DNA of 64,000 bases, taken from an uncultured bacterium (lineage in GTDB: Bacteria > Planctomycetota > Phycisphaerae > Phycisphaerales > UBA1924). The stretch lies in NCBI GenBank assembly GCA_963976235.1, contig CAXBJM010000009.1, positions 8,393-72,392 on the forward strand, given 5' to 3'. Positions within the stretch are counted from its first letter, which is position 1; each line of letters starts with the position of its first letter. The notes beneath the pieces are model-generated. The model did no database searches and had not been told where the DNA came from. It saw nothing but the letters and a program-made list of their open reading frames with translations. A program made the position numbers and the translations under genes. This document shows positions 8,494 through 17,045 of this stretch, in pieces.

Positions 8494-9153
8494 ATGGCAC
8501 AGAAACGAGAACTCCAAGACCGGTACTTCCGCCAAGCAAAGCGGGAGGGGTATGTTGCGCGTTCTGCGTACAAACTCCTAGAAATCAACAAGCGACGCAA
8601 GCTCATCCGCAGGGGTGATCGTGTGTTGGACCTTGGGTGTGCGCCTGGGTCTTGGTTACAGGTTGCGGAAAAAATTGTGGGTGAAGATGGTTTGGTTGTG
8701 GGGATTGATCTCCAGCATGTCACAACATCATTTGGTCCTAATGTGCATCTGATCCAGGGTGATTTTACCGAAGCGACCGCTGCGGAGTTGCTCGGCGGTG
8801 GGGACGAGCTCTTTGATTCAGTGATCTCTGACATGGCGCCTTCGACGACGGGGCACGGGGATCATTTCTTCTCTGAGCGATTGTGCCAAGAGATTATTAA
8901 CTCGCTTCCTAATCTGCTCAAAGCGCGTGGGACTTGCACGATGAAAGTACTAGAGGGTGAGACTTTTCCATATCTTGTTCGTCGGATGAAAAACTGTTTC
9001 CGGATCGCGGGCGCGATTAAACCTGATGCCTGTCGAGATGTTTCGCGAGAGACTTATCTCTATGGGATCGGGTTCCGTCCTACGCGTGTGATCCATCATG
9101 ACGAGCGGAACCAAGGGGCGCTGCCTGAACCTGCACCAGGGTGGGGCGATTGA
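8494..9153 (+). CDS. rlmE: 23S rRNA (uridine2552-2'-O)-methyltransferase RlmE/FtsJ
   Basis: MAQKRELQDRYFRQAKREGYVARSAYKLLEI followed by the SAM motif VLDLGCAPGSWLQV and SDMAP. Confidence 0.9.
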   Translation: MAQKRELQDRYFRQAKREGYVARSAYKLLEINKRRKLIRRGDRVLDLGCAPGSWLQVAEKIVGEDGLVVGIDLQHVTTSFGPNVHLIQGDFTEATAAELLGGGDELFDSVISDMAPSTTGHGDHFFSERLCQEIINSLPNLLKARGTCTMKVLEGETFPYLVRRMKNCFRIAGAIKPDACRDVSRETYLYGIGFRPTRVIHHDERNQGALPEPAPGWGD

Positions 9154-10997
9154 TATTTCTCGCGCCTATCGCGGGGTTCATCGCAGGTGCGATCGGGATC
9201 GCAACGGTGGTTGTGCTCTACATGCTCAAGCTCAGGCGTCGCCCGGTCATGGTGTCGAGCACGCTTTTATGGTCACGGGCGATCAAGGACATGGAAGGTA
9301 ATGTGCCTTGGCAACGCTTGTCGCCGACAGCGTTGTTGTGGTTGCACCTGCTGATTGTTGTGCTGATGGCGCTGGCGATTGGTCGGCCTGTACTTGATGA
9401 TGCGATCGGTGATGGGCAACGGGTCTATCTGGTGATTGATACAAGCGCATCGATGAACGCGATGGTTGTTAATAGCAACGATTCACGATCGGGTCTCGAA
9501 CGCGCGAAGTCTCAAGCGATTGATCGGGTGGATGGGTTGTTTGATTCGGGGCGATCGCCGATGGTGAGTGTGATTGCAGGGGGGAATGAAACCAAGATTG
9601 TGCTTGCGGATTCATCACAGCGCGGGCAGTTGATCGGTGCGATCCGATCAATCCAGGCGAGCGATCAACCCGGGGATATATATGAAGCGATCGAGTTTGT
9701 TGAATCAATGCATGATGCATCTCAGCAGCTAGAGATTGCAGAATTGGACGAAGCTGAAGATGTGTCGAGCGCTTTGGTGTTTGTGTTCTCCGATGGTGGA
9801 TCAACAGCAGGAAATCGAATTGCGATGCGACAAGGTGGGGGTGTCTTTGTTTCTCCCTATACCCAAAGCGAGCAAGGAATGCTTGGGAATCTGGGCGTCG
9901 TGGCAATCGGCGGCACGCGCGATCGGAGTGATCCAGTTCTAAGTAGGGTCTTCGTGCGCGTTGAGCGAAACGAGCAAGGTCCTCGCGGTGGGGTGCTTCG
10001 TGTATTTGTGGGTGATGTTGAGATCGATCAACGCGCGATCGGGTTTGAAGGAGATTCGCGTTCGGTAAGTGAATCATTCGAACTTCGTTTGATGCAAGGG
10101 GCGATCGTGCGCGTCGAGCTTGATGTTGACGATGCGCTCGATACTGATAACCGGGCATGGGTGAAAATGCCTTCGCCATCGTTGGTGCGGGTGGCGGTGG
10201 TCGCGCCTGATGGGGTTGCGGATCCGTTGTTGGTTGATATGCTTGAGGTGATCGCACGATCGCAGGTAAATGTGCTTGCGCCTGGGGAAGAGATTCCTGA
10301 TGTGGATCTGGTGGTGTACGATCGGGTGACTCCTGAATCGCTTGCGGGGGGGGCGACACTCGGGTTTGGGAGTGTGTATCCGGATCAAGCGGAGGTGGAT
10401 GTGCTCAATGGATTGGGTATTCGTCGGCGGATGATCTCGTGGGATCGCGCAGATCCGATGGCACGCGAATCAGGGTTGGGATCGGTTTCATACCAACGAT
10501 CGGTTGTGTTTCCAGCCGATGACTCTACTCGGGTGATCGCTGCGGATATTGATGGGTCGGTGATTGTCGAGCGGATCATCGGTCAACATCGGCACGTGCG
10601 TGTTGCGTTCGCGTTGCATGATTCAAACTGGGTGGTGCAAGTGGGGTTACCGATTTTCTTGGTCAATGTGGTTGAACAACTATTACCCGGAACCAGCGGG
10701 GTCGGCGAGGTGTTTTCCACTGGTCAAGTGATCGGGGAAGGTGCAGATGCGATCGGGCCGATGTCTCAGATTGGAGTTGTTGATTTTGTAGGTGATCAGG
10801 TAGGAGTGAGTCTGCTTGATTCGGGTGAGAGTTCGCTGTTTGTGCGCACCGATGTAGTGATCGGATCGGGTGATACGCAGGTGAGCAATGTAGGGGACGG
10901 TTCCCAGCATGAACTCTGGAGATGGTTCACCATGTTGGCGATTGGATTGATCGCGTTGGAATGGTTTGTGTACGCGGGTCGAGTGAAGATTGTGTAA
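9141..10997 (+). CDS. BatA-like N-terminal TM / von Willebrand A domain membrane protein
   Basis: The N-terminus (IFLAPIAGFIAGAIGIATVVVLYMLKLRRRPVMVSSTLLW) resembles the aerotolerance BatA N-terminal domain. A VWA-like DTSASM motif follows, and there is a C-terminal TM. Start is GTG 9141 or TTG 9150, overlapping the rlmE stop. Confidence 0.7.
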   Translation: MGRLIFLAPIAGFIAGAIGIATVVVLYMLKLRRRPVMVSSTLLWSRAIKDMEGNVPWQRLSPTALLWLHLLIVVLMALAIGRPVLDDAIGDGQRVYLVIDTSASMNAMVVNSNDSRSGLERAKSQAIDRVDGLFDSGRSPMVSVIAGGNETKIVLADSSQRGQLIGAIRSIQASDQPGDIYEAIEFVESMHDASQQLEIAELDEAEDVSSALVFVFSDGGSTAGNRIAMRQGGGVFVSPYTQSEQGMLGNLGVVAIGGTRDRSDPVLSRVFVRVERNEQGPRGGVLRVFVGDVEIDQRAIGFEGDSRSVSESFELRLMQGAIVRVELDVDDALDTDNRAWVKMPSPSLVRVAVVAPDGVADPLLVDMLEVIARSQVNVLAPGEEIPDVDLVVYDRVTPESLAGGATLGFGSVYPDQAEVDVLNGLGIRRRMISWDRADPMARESGLGSVSYQRSVVFPADDSTRVIAADIDGSVIVERIIGQHRHVRVAFALHDSNWVVQVGLPIFLVNVVEQLLPGTSGVGEVFSTGQVIGEGADAIGPMSQIGVVDFVGDQVGVSLLDSGESSLFVRTDVVIGSGDTQVSNVGDGSQHELWRWFTMLAIGLIALEWFVYAGRVKIV

Positions 10998-11003
10998 TAG
11001 CGT

Positions 11004-12803
11004 CTATTTGAGTTGATCGAAGTTGTCCGCGTGGATGGTGAGTCTGCCGGGCTCGGGTTGGTCGGGGATCATGCGTCGAGGCCAGGCGGTGTGGGTTTTC
11101 GATGCGTCGGTGCGTTCGAGGCCGAGTTGGAGAATGTCGTCATGATCGAAGGCGTTCTCGGGGAGATCGATCATTGCAATCCAACGATCATCGAGGATCC
11201 GGATTTGTACATGCGGAATCCCGATCGAGAGCATTGAACCCGCATCAAATGTAACCTGACCCGACGGCGTGATTGTCCAGACAGCGAATGGGTTGGTGTA
11301 TGGACCAACCCAGAGGGTGAGTGATTCGTTTAAACTTGCAGGGTCAGGCGTCGTGAGTTCCATGTAGAGTTGCCAGTTTGTGGTCGGATTTGATCGTGTT
11401 GGTGCGCCGACTCTGCGGAGAATCCCCACACTTGATCGGTTGAGACTCGGGGATGCACCTTCGAGTGGTCTGTTGGCAAGCAATGCGTTCATTGTCCAGT
11501 CATTGAGCATCGGTCCGATCCGGACATACGGTGCGCGTGCCGGGGTAGGGGATGCGATCGCGTTCAGGGTCGTGCTCCAATTGCCGGTACGGATGCGAAT
11601 AGGTTGAGTCTCAATATTTGGATTGGTAGGAGAGAGTAAGATCGGATCGATTGGGATCGTGATCGGTGTTGCAATATGTGCACTGAGTGTAGAAAGTTGA
11701 GGCGAACTGGTTGATGATTCAGTCGCGTCCACTCGCATTAAGGATGATCCGGGGGTCTGTGGGCGAGCAATTGCGGTGATCGTTGGGATGAAACGATTCG
11801 TGTCTGCTTCGATTTGTCCTTGATCATCCGTGATCCATGCGAGGGCGCGGGGTTGGTTCTCGAGCCAAGCCTGAGCGCGGAGCATTCGGATTCGGTCGTC
11901 CACAAACGGGGAAAGAAGGTCATGGGCGAGTTGGGCGAGATCTGTGTTGTCGAGTGTCCAGAGTGGGAGGATGCGTGTGTTGAACTGTGCGGTCGCGATG
12001 AGTTGGGATTTGAGTCTGATCGCGACGGACGGATCGATGAGCCAGATTCGGCCGAGAATGATCTGCCAGCGGGCGATGGATTGATGGGAAATCTCACGCA
12101 GGATATCGGCGCCTGGGGTGTTCATTGCGAGCTCGAGTTCGAGGGTTTCGAGATGATCGCCTTGCGATGATGTTCGAGCACTCGGGGCGAGCCCGTCGGT
12201 AAGTAGGTGTGCGCGCCAGTTGGAGAAAGGGTTGTGGTGGTACTGATCGATTGCGTATTGCACCGCGGGGTCTGCGAGCGCATCCTCCGGGAGATGGAGT
12301 GACCAGAATGAGTTGAGCTCGGATTGTTGGGTTGGGGTGATTGCTTCGAGCTTGGCGCGCTCGGGGTCTGGGAGCCAGTTGAGTTCGTAACGCTGCGATC
12401 CGAACCAGAGACCTTGTCCGACAGCGTCAATCGGGAGGGCGATGCGGATGAACCATGTTCCACGAGGACGCTGATTGATAGGGATTTGTGAGATGGTCTC
12501 GTAATCCGTCGCGGTCCAGATCCCCGCGGGGGGTGTCCAAGCGCTTGGCGAGGGTTGCGGGGTGCGTCCGATCCAGAAGGGTTGTGAGGAGATAACTCGC
12601 CCATCATCGAGTTTGGTGATGATATCTTTGCGGAGATCGCGTTCGTTTTCACTCACGATCGCGATGGTGAGTGGATACGAAACAATCGCGTCGAGTCGAT
12701 CCGTTGCCGGGCGGATTGTTTGGGCATTCGTGGATTGTGCAAAAACAGCGAGAGAGAGGGTAAGACTCACAATCAAGTAACGGAATGAGCTAAACATGGG
12801 CAT
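11004..12803 (-). CDS. secreted hypothetical protein
   Basis: 599-aa ORF with a signal peptide (MPMFSSFRYLIVSLTLSLAVFAQSTNAQT). No family recognised. Confidence 0.6.
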   Translation of the reverse strand: MPMFSSFRYLIVSLTLSLAVFAQSTNAQTIRPATDRLDAIVSYPLTIAIVSENERDLRKDIITKLDDGRVISSQPFWIGRTPQPSPSAWTPPAGIWTATDYETISQIPINQRPRGTWFIRIALPIDAVGQGLWFGSQRYELNWLPDPERAKLEAITPTQQSELNSFWSLHLPEDALADPAVQYAIDQYHHNPFSNWRAHLLTDGLAPSARTSSQGDHLETLELELAMNTPGADILREISHQSIARWQIILGRIWLIDPSVAIRLKSQLIATAQFNTRILPLWTLDNTDLAQLAHDLLSPFVDDRIRMLRAQAWLENQPRALAWITDDQGQIEADTNRFIPTITAIARPQTPGSSLMRVDATESSTSSPQLSTLSAHIATPITIPIDPILLSPTNPNIETQPIRIRTGNWSTTLNAIASPTPARAPYVRIGPMLNDWTMNALLANRPLEGASPSLNRSSVGILRRVGAPTRSNPTTNWQLYMELTTPDPASLNESLTLWVGPYTNPFAVWTITPSGQVTFDAGSMLSIGIPHVQIRILDDRWIAMIDLPENAFDHDDILQLGLERTDASKTHTAWPRRMIPDQPEPGRLTIHADNFDQLK

Positions 12804-12955
12804 AAGCTTGCTTTGGTGGACGATTTTGGTGTGTTTTGTATTTTTCTGTCAGCCGACAGGTGGGTTTGTGGGTATATCAGTATATACGGCTGACCGTTCC
12901 GGCATGGATTGATTCTGTGTCGATCGAGGGCAGCTCATATCAAAGGAGAATCGCC

Positions 12956-13423
12956 ATGAAGTCTATATATACGCAACATTCACCGAACCGTTCCCTCGGC
13001 AAGTTCAAAGCGGTCATGTTCTCCGCAGCGGTGCTCTCGATGGGGATGCTCGGCGGGTGTGACAATGCAGGTGAAGGACTCTTCTCTGGTGCAGCACTCG
13101 GAGCTGTGACAGGACTCGTGATCGGTTCGATGAGCGGTGATGCAGGTGAAGGCGCTGCGATCGGCGCGGTCCTCGGTGGTGCAGGTGGGGCGATCGTTGG
13201 AGACCAGAACGAGCGGAATCGGAATAATGCACGATATGGATCGTATGAGTATGACAGCCGACCCAGGTATCGAAGTGAGTATCGGGCGGGGTACCGGAGA
13301 GGTCCTGTGCGGCCTCCATATTGCTCAACCCACCGGGTGTATCACATCCATCATTCCCACAGTGGTTCCCATCATCGTGCAAATGGGCATGGATATGGGT
13401 ATGCAGAGTGGTGGAATGACTGA
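12956..13423 (+). CDS. glycine-zipper lipoprotein with R/Y/H-rich tail
   Basis: AAGGAG precedes ATG 12956. Lipobox MLGGC. Glycine-zipper stretch GAALGAVTGLVIGSMSGDAGEGAAIGAVLGGAGGAIVG. C-terminal RYGSYEYDSRPRYRSEYRAGYRRG...HHIHHSHSGSHH. Confidence 0.6.
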   Translation: MKSIYTQHSPNRSLGKFKAVMFSAAVLSMGMLGGCDNAGEGLFSGAALGAVTGLVIGSMSGDAGEGAAIGAVLGGAGGAIVGDQNERNRNNARYGSYEYDSRPRYRSEYRAGYRRGPVRPPYCSTHRVYHIHHSHSGSHHRANGHGYGYAEWWND

Positions 13424-13480
13424 TTAGACGCAAGTTTTCGCATACTATGCTTGGCTTGAACTCTTATTAGGATACCAGCC

Positions 13481-15292
13481 TTGCATATTCGAAACTTTTC
13501 CATCATCGCCCATATTGACCACGGTAAATCTACGCTCGCGGATCGGTTGCTCCAAGCGACCAACGCGGTGTCGGACCGCGAAGCGAAAGCGCAGCATTTG
13601 GACTCAATGGATCTCGAACGCGAGCGCGGGATCACGATCAAAGCGTCCGCGGTGACTGTTATGCACACGCATAACGGCGAACAATACATGCTCAACTTTA
13701 TTGATACCCCGGGTCATGTGGACTTCGGGTATGAAGTATCTCGTGCGCTCAAGGCGTGTGAAGGTGCGTTGTTGATTGTTGATGCGTCGCAGGGTGTTGA
13801 AGCGCAGACGGTTGTGAATACTTATCTCGCGGTTGAGCAAAACCTTGAGATCGTCCCGGTGTTGAACAAGATTGATTTGCCTGGTGCGCGTCCCGATGAG
13901 ATCGCGGATGAAGTCGAGCAGGTCCTTGGGATTGATGCGATGGAATGTATCCCTGTGAGCGCGAAAACGGGTCAGGGGATTCCGGAGTTGCTCAATGCGA
14001 TCTGTGATCGGTTCCCGGCGCCTGAGCCGCCAAAGATTAAGGAAACACGGGCGCTGATCTTTGATGCGGTGTACGACGATTACCGTGGCGTGATCGTGTA
14101 CTGCCGGGTATTCGATGGCAAGCTCACAGTGGGTGACAAGATCCGCATGATGGGGATCGATCGGACATTTAGTATTACCGAGCTTGGTAAGTACACCCCG
14201 AAGCAAGAGAAACATAAAGTGATCGGGCCGGGTGAGACTTGTTACCTCGTCGCCGCGATCAAGAACCTGAGTGAAGTGCGTGTCGGCGATACGATCACGA
14301 TCGATCACAACCCCGCAGCCGAGGCGCTCGAAGGGTATGAACCACCTTCGCAGATGGTGTTCTGTGATTTCTATCCTTCAACGACAGAGATGAAGGGCAA
14401 TAGCTTTGAAGAACTCCGCGATGCGATGGAGAAGTTGATCCTCAATGACTCGTCGTTTAGTTTCCAAGCGGTGCACTCTGAAGCACTCGGATTTGGATTC
14501 CGGTGTGGGTTCTTGGGGTTGCTCCATATGGACATTATCCAGGAACGACTTGAGCGCGAAGGCGGCGTTGAGGTCATCCAGACAGCGCCGACGGTATCGT
14601 ACAAGATCAAAATGCGTGGCAAACGCAACGAGATTCTCGAAAAAGAGATCCACAACCCGGCGGACCTTCCGGATGCAGGGTTGATTACCGAGTTCAGCGA
14701 ACCGATCTGTAAGGTCGAGATCATGACCCCCGGTGAGTACATCGGCGAGATTATGAAGTTATGTATGGAACGACGCGCGGTGTTTAAGAATCAGGCGTTT
14801 GTTTCGCACGGGCGAGAGATGCTGAGCTTTGAGGTGCCGTTGGCGGAGATCATCTTTGATTTCTATGACAAGCTCAAGGGGATATCGCAGGGTTACGCGA
14901 CGATGGATTATGAAGTGATCCGATTCGACAAGAACGAACTGGTCAAGGTTGCGATCTTAATCAACAACGAACCGGTCGAAGCGCTGTCGTTGATCTGTCA
15001 TCGTGATCGGGCGGTGGCGCGTGGGAAGATTCTGTTGACCAAACTGAAGAAGCAGATCGATCGTCATCAGTTCGAGATCCCGTTGCAAGCTGCGATCGGT
15101 GGGAAGATCATCGCACGCGAAACGATCAAGGGGTTCCGCAAGGATGTGACCGCCAAATGTTACGGCGGCGACATCTCGCGTAAACGCAAGCTGCTCGAAG
15201 CTCAGAAGAAGGGCAAGAGCAAGATGAAGTCGATCGGGTCGGTGAATATCCCACAGAAGGCGTTCATGGCGGTGCTTGATACCGGGGAGTGA
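13481..15292 (+). CDS. lepA: elongation factor 4 (LepA)
   Basis: IRNFSIIAHIDHGKSTLADRLL G1 motif, DTPGHVDF, NKIDL and the LepA-specific C-terminal domain. TTG start. Confidence 0.95.
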   Translation: MHIRNFSIIAHIDHGKSTLADRLLQATNAVSDREAKAQHLDSMDLERERGITIKASAVTVMHTHNGEQYMLNFIDTPGHVDFGYEVSRALKACEGALLIVDASQGVEAQTVVNTYLAVEQNLEIVPVLNKIDLPGARPDEIADEVEQVLGIDAMECIPVSAKTGQGIPELLNAICDRFPAPEPPKIKETRALIFDAVYDDYRGVIVYCRVFDGKLTVGDKIRMMGIDRTFSITELGKYTPKQEKHKVIGPGETCYLVAAIKNLSEVRVGDTITIDHNPAAEALEGYEPPSQMVFCDFYPSTTEMKGNSFEELRDAMEKLILNDSSFSFQAVHSEALGFGFRCGFLGLLHMDIIQERLEREGGVEVIQTAPTVSYKIKMRGKRNEILEKEIHNPADLPDAGLITEFSEPICKVEIMTPGEYIGEIMKLCMERRAVFKNQAFVSHGREMLSFEVPLAEIIFDFYDKLKGISQGYATMDYEVIRFDKNELVKVAILINNEPVEALSLICHRDRAVARGKILLTKLKKQIDRHQFEIPLQAAIGGKIIARETIKGFRKDVTAKCYGGDISRKRKLLEAQKKGKSKMKSIGSVNIPQKAFMAVLDTGE

Positions 15293-15293
15293 A

Positions 15294-16316
15294 ATGATTA
15301 ATGAAGAAACTGTAATTGTATTAGGTGCAGGTGCTTCATTTGATTATGGGTTGCCACTAGGCCCTCAACTCACTGAGAAAGCAGTTGAATTTTTGCATCG
15401 TCATCAAGAAACCAAATTTGATGATTGGGCTGAGATAGAGACTGATTTGAATGGATATAGCAATCTGGCAAAGATTCTGCAAAAATCGCGAACGCCAACG
15501 CTTGATGCATTTATAGAGAAAAACAATACATTCGCTCCGCCACTCAAAGCGGCGATTGCAGGTGTTTTACTTGAACTCGAAGATAAAGCGATATCCTCGA
15601 TGGAGTTTCCAGATGGAGATTGGGTTTCGTGGTTGTATCACAACAGGATGGAGTCGTGTCCAGAGTCTTTCAAAAATAATCGATTGTCGTTTGTGTCATT
15701 TAATTATGATAGAATTCCGATGGCGTTGTTTGCGAGGTTTATGGCAAATACTCATCAGGTAGACATCGAACATTCACTGCGAATTGTGAGCGGGGCAATG
15801 GCTCACGCTTTGCCTCAGGAAAATTTTGGGCATGTGCCTGATGATGTTCACATCGAGCGGTTTATTCATGTGCATGGTCAGGTGGGAACTGAGTTGAAGC
15901 CTAGAGGCACTACAGAAATGTATAGCCAGAGTGTAAATGTAGACAATACGATGCTTCAGTCGATAGATTCTTCTAGAAAAGTCAATGGGAAATATCTTAA
16001 TGATATATCAAAAAATATCGTAACCATTTCGGAAAACGAGAAGATGCCTGATGAGAACGCATATGCGAGGATGAAAATATTGCTATCGCGTGCGTCAAAA
16101 ATAATTATCCTGGGTCTTGGTTATCACGATAAAAATCTCGATAAAATCGGATTAACCTCTGAGTTTGTGAAATCTAACCGTCTCAAATTTATTGGAGGCA
16201 CAGGAATTGGATTGGGTCAAAAAGATCGAGATAGATTACTAAACAGATTTGGGTCAAAATTTAAGATTGGTGATGATAAGCAAGATTGCTTGTCATTCCT
16301 GCAAGAATATTTTTAG
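15294..16316 (+). CDS. SIR2-like (SIR2_2-type) domain protein, stand-alone
   Basis: 340 aa with ordered landmarks GAGAS (aa 11-15), FNYD (136-139), HVHG (192-195) and LGLGYHD (273-279). Strongly AT-rich compared with both flanks. ATG lies 1 nt after the lepA TGA, with GGGGAG upstream. Confidence 0.7.
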   Translation: MINEETVIVLGAGASFDYGLPLGPQLTEKAVEFLHRHQETKFDDWAEIETDLNGYSNLAKILQKSRTPTLDAFIEKNNTFAPPLKAAIAGVLLELEDKAISSMEFPDGDWVSWLYHNRMESCPESFKNNRLSFVSFNYDRIPMALFARFMANTHQVDIEHSLRIVSGAMAHALPQENFGHVPDDVHIERFIHVHGQVGTELKPRGTTEMYSQSVNVDNTMLQSIDSSRKVNGKYLNDISKNIVTISENEKMPDENAYARMKILLSRASKIIILGLGYHDKNLDKIGLTSEFVKSNRLKFIGGTGIGLGQKDRDRLLNRFGSKFKIGDDKQDCLSFLQEYF

Positions 16317-16348
16317 TTGGGTTTAATCGATTCAGCTATGGAGTTGAA

Positions 16349-17032
16349 ATGGACAAGGCACTCGCAGATCCCAAAGCAACCAGCTATCGACTCTTCATCT
16401 TGGCCGTGTCGGTACTCTCGTTGTTGGTCATTGCGGCGATGATGTTGGTGCCAATGGATGAAGAGACCTATCGGCTGATGGGGTTGATTGATGTGGTTGC
16501 GTGTTCGGTGTTCTTTGCAGATTTTCTTCGTCAGTTGTATAAGGCCGAGTCTCGCTCGCGGTACTTCTTTACTTGGGGTTGGTTGGATTTGATCGCGAGT
16601 ATTCCCAGCGTCGATGCGTTTCGATGGGGGCGAGCGATTCGATTGGTGCGGGTGGCGCAACTGTTACGGGGTGTGCGATCGGGGCGGCACCTGATGCGGA
16701 TTCTTGGGTACTACCGTCGACGCAGCGCTGCAGCAGTCTCAGGGTTGATCGCGTTTTTATCGATCACGATTGGGAGCATGGGGATCTTGCACTTTGAGTT
16801 GGGTGTTGAGGATTCTAACATCCGCACAGCGGAAGATGCGATTTGGTGGGCGTGGGTAACGATTACAACAGTGGGATATGGCGATTACGCACCCGTGACG
16901 ACCGGCGGACGGATCGTTGCGATGGTGTTGATGGTTGTGGGGGTTGGGTTGTTCAGTTCAATGAGCGGTTTGATCGCGAGTTGGCTTTTACAGCCGCCGG
17001 ATGATGAAAAATATGTATTTGAAAGCGAATGA
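16349..17032 (+). CDS. 6TM voltage-sensor-type potassium channel
   Basis: K+ selectivity filter TTVGYGD. S4-like helix with spaced arginines (RWGRAIRLVRVAQLLRGVRSGRH). Six predicted TM segments. No cytoplasmic RCK or CNB domain. Confidence 0.85.
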   Translation: MDKALADPKATSYRLFILAVSVLSLLVIAAMMLVPMDEETYRLMGLIDVVACSVFFADFLRQLYKAESRSRYFFTWGWLDLIASIPSVDAFRWGRAIRLVRVAQLLRGVRSGRHLMRILGYYRRRSAAAVSGLIAFLSITIGSMGILHFELGVEDSNIRTAEDAIWWAWVTITTVGYGDYAPVTTGGRIVAMVLMVVGVGLFSSMSGLIASWLLQPPDDEKYVFESE

Positions 17033-17045
17033 TGAGGAGAATGGA

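Noticed and set aside
9469-10359. 296-aa minus-strand ORF
   Set aside because: It is antisense to the BatA-like/VWA gene. Its P/R/H/Q-rich low-complexity translation is typical of the reverse frame of a moderately GC-rich gene.
13604-14308. 234-aa minus-strand ORF inside lepA
   Set aside because: It lies entirely within the unambiguous lepA coding sequence on the opposite strand.
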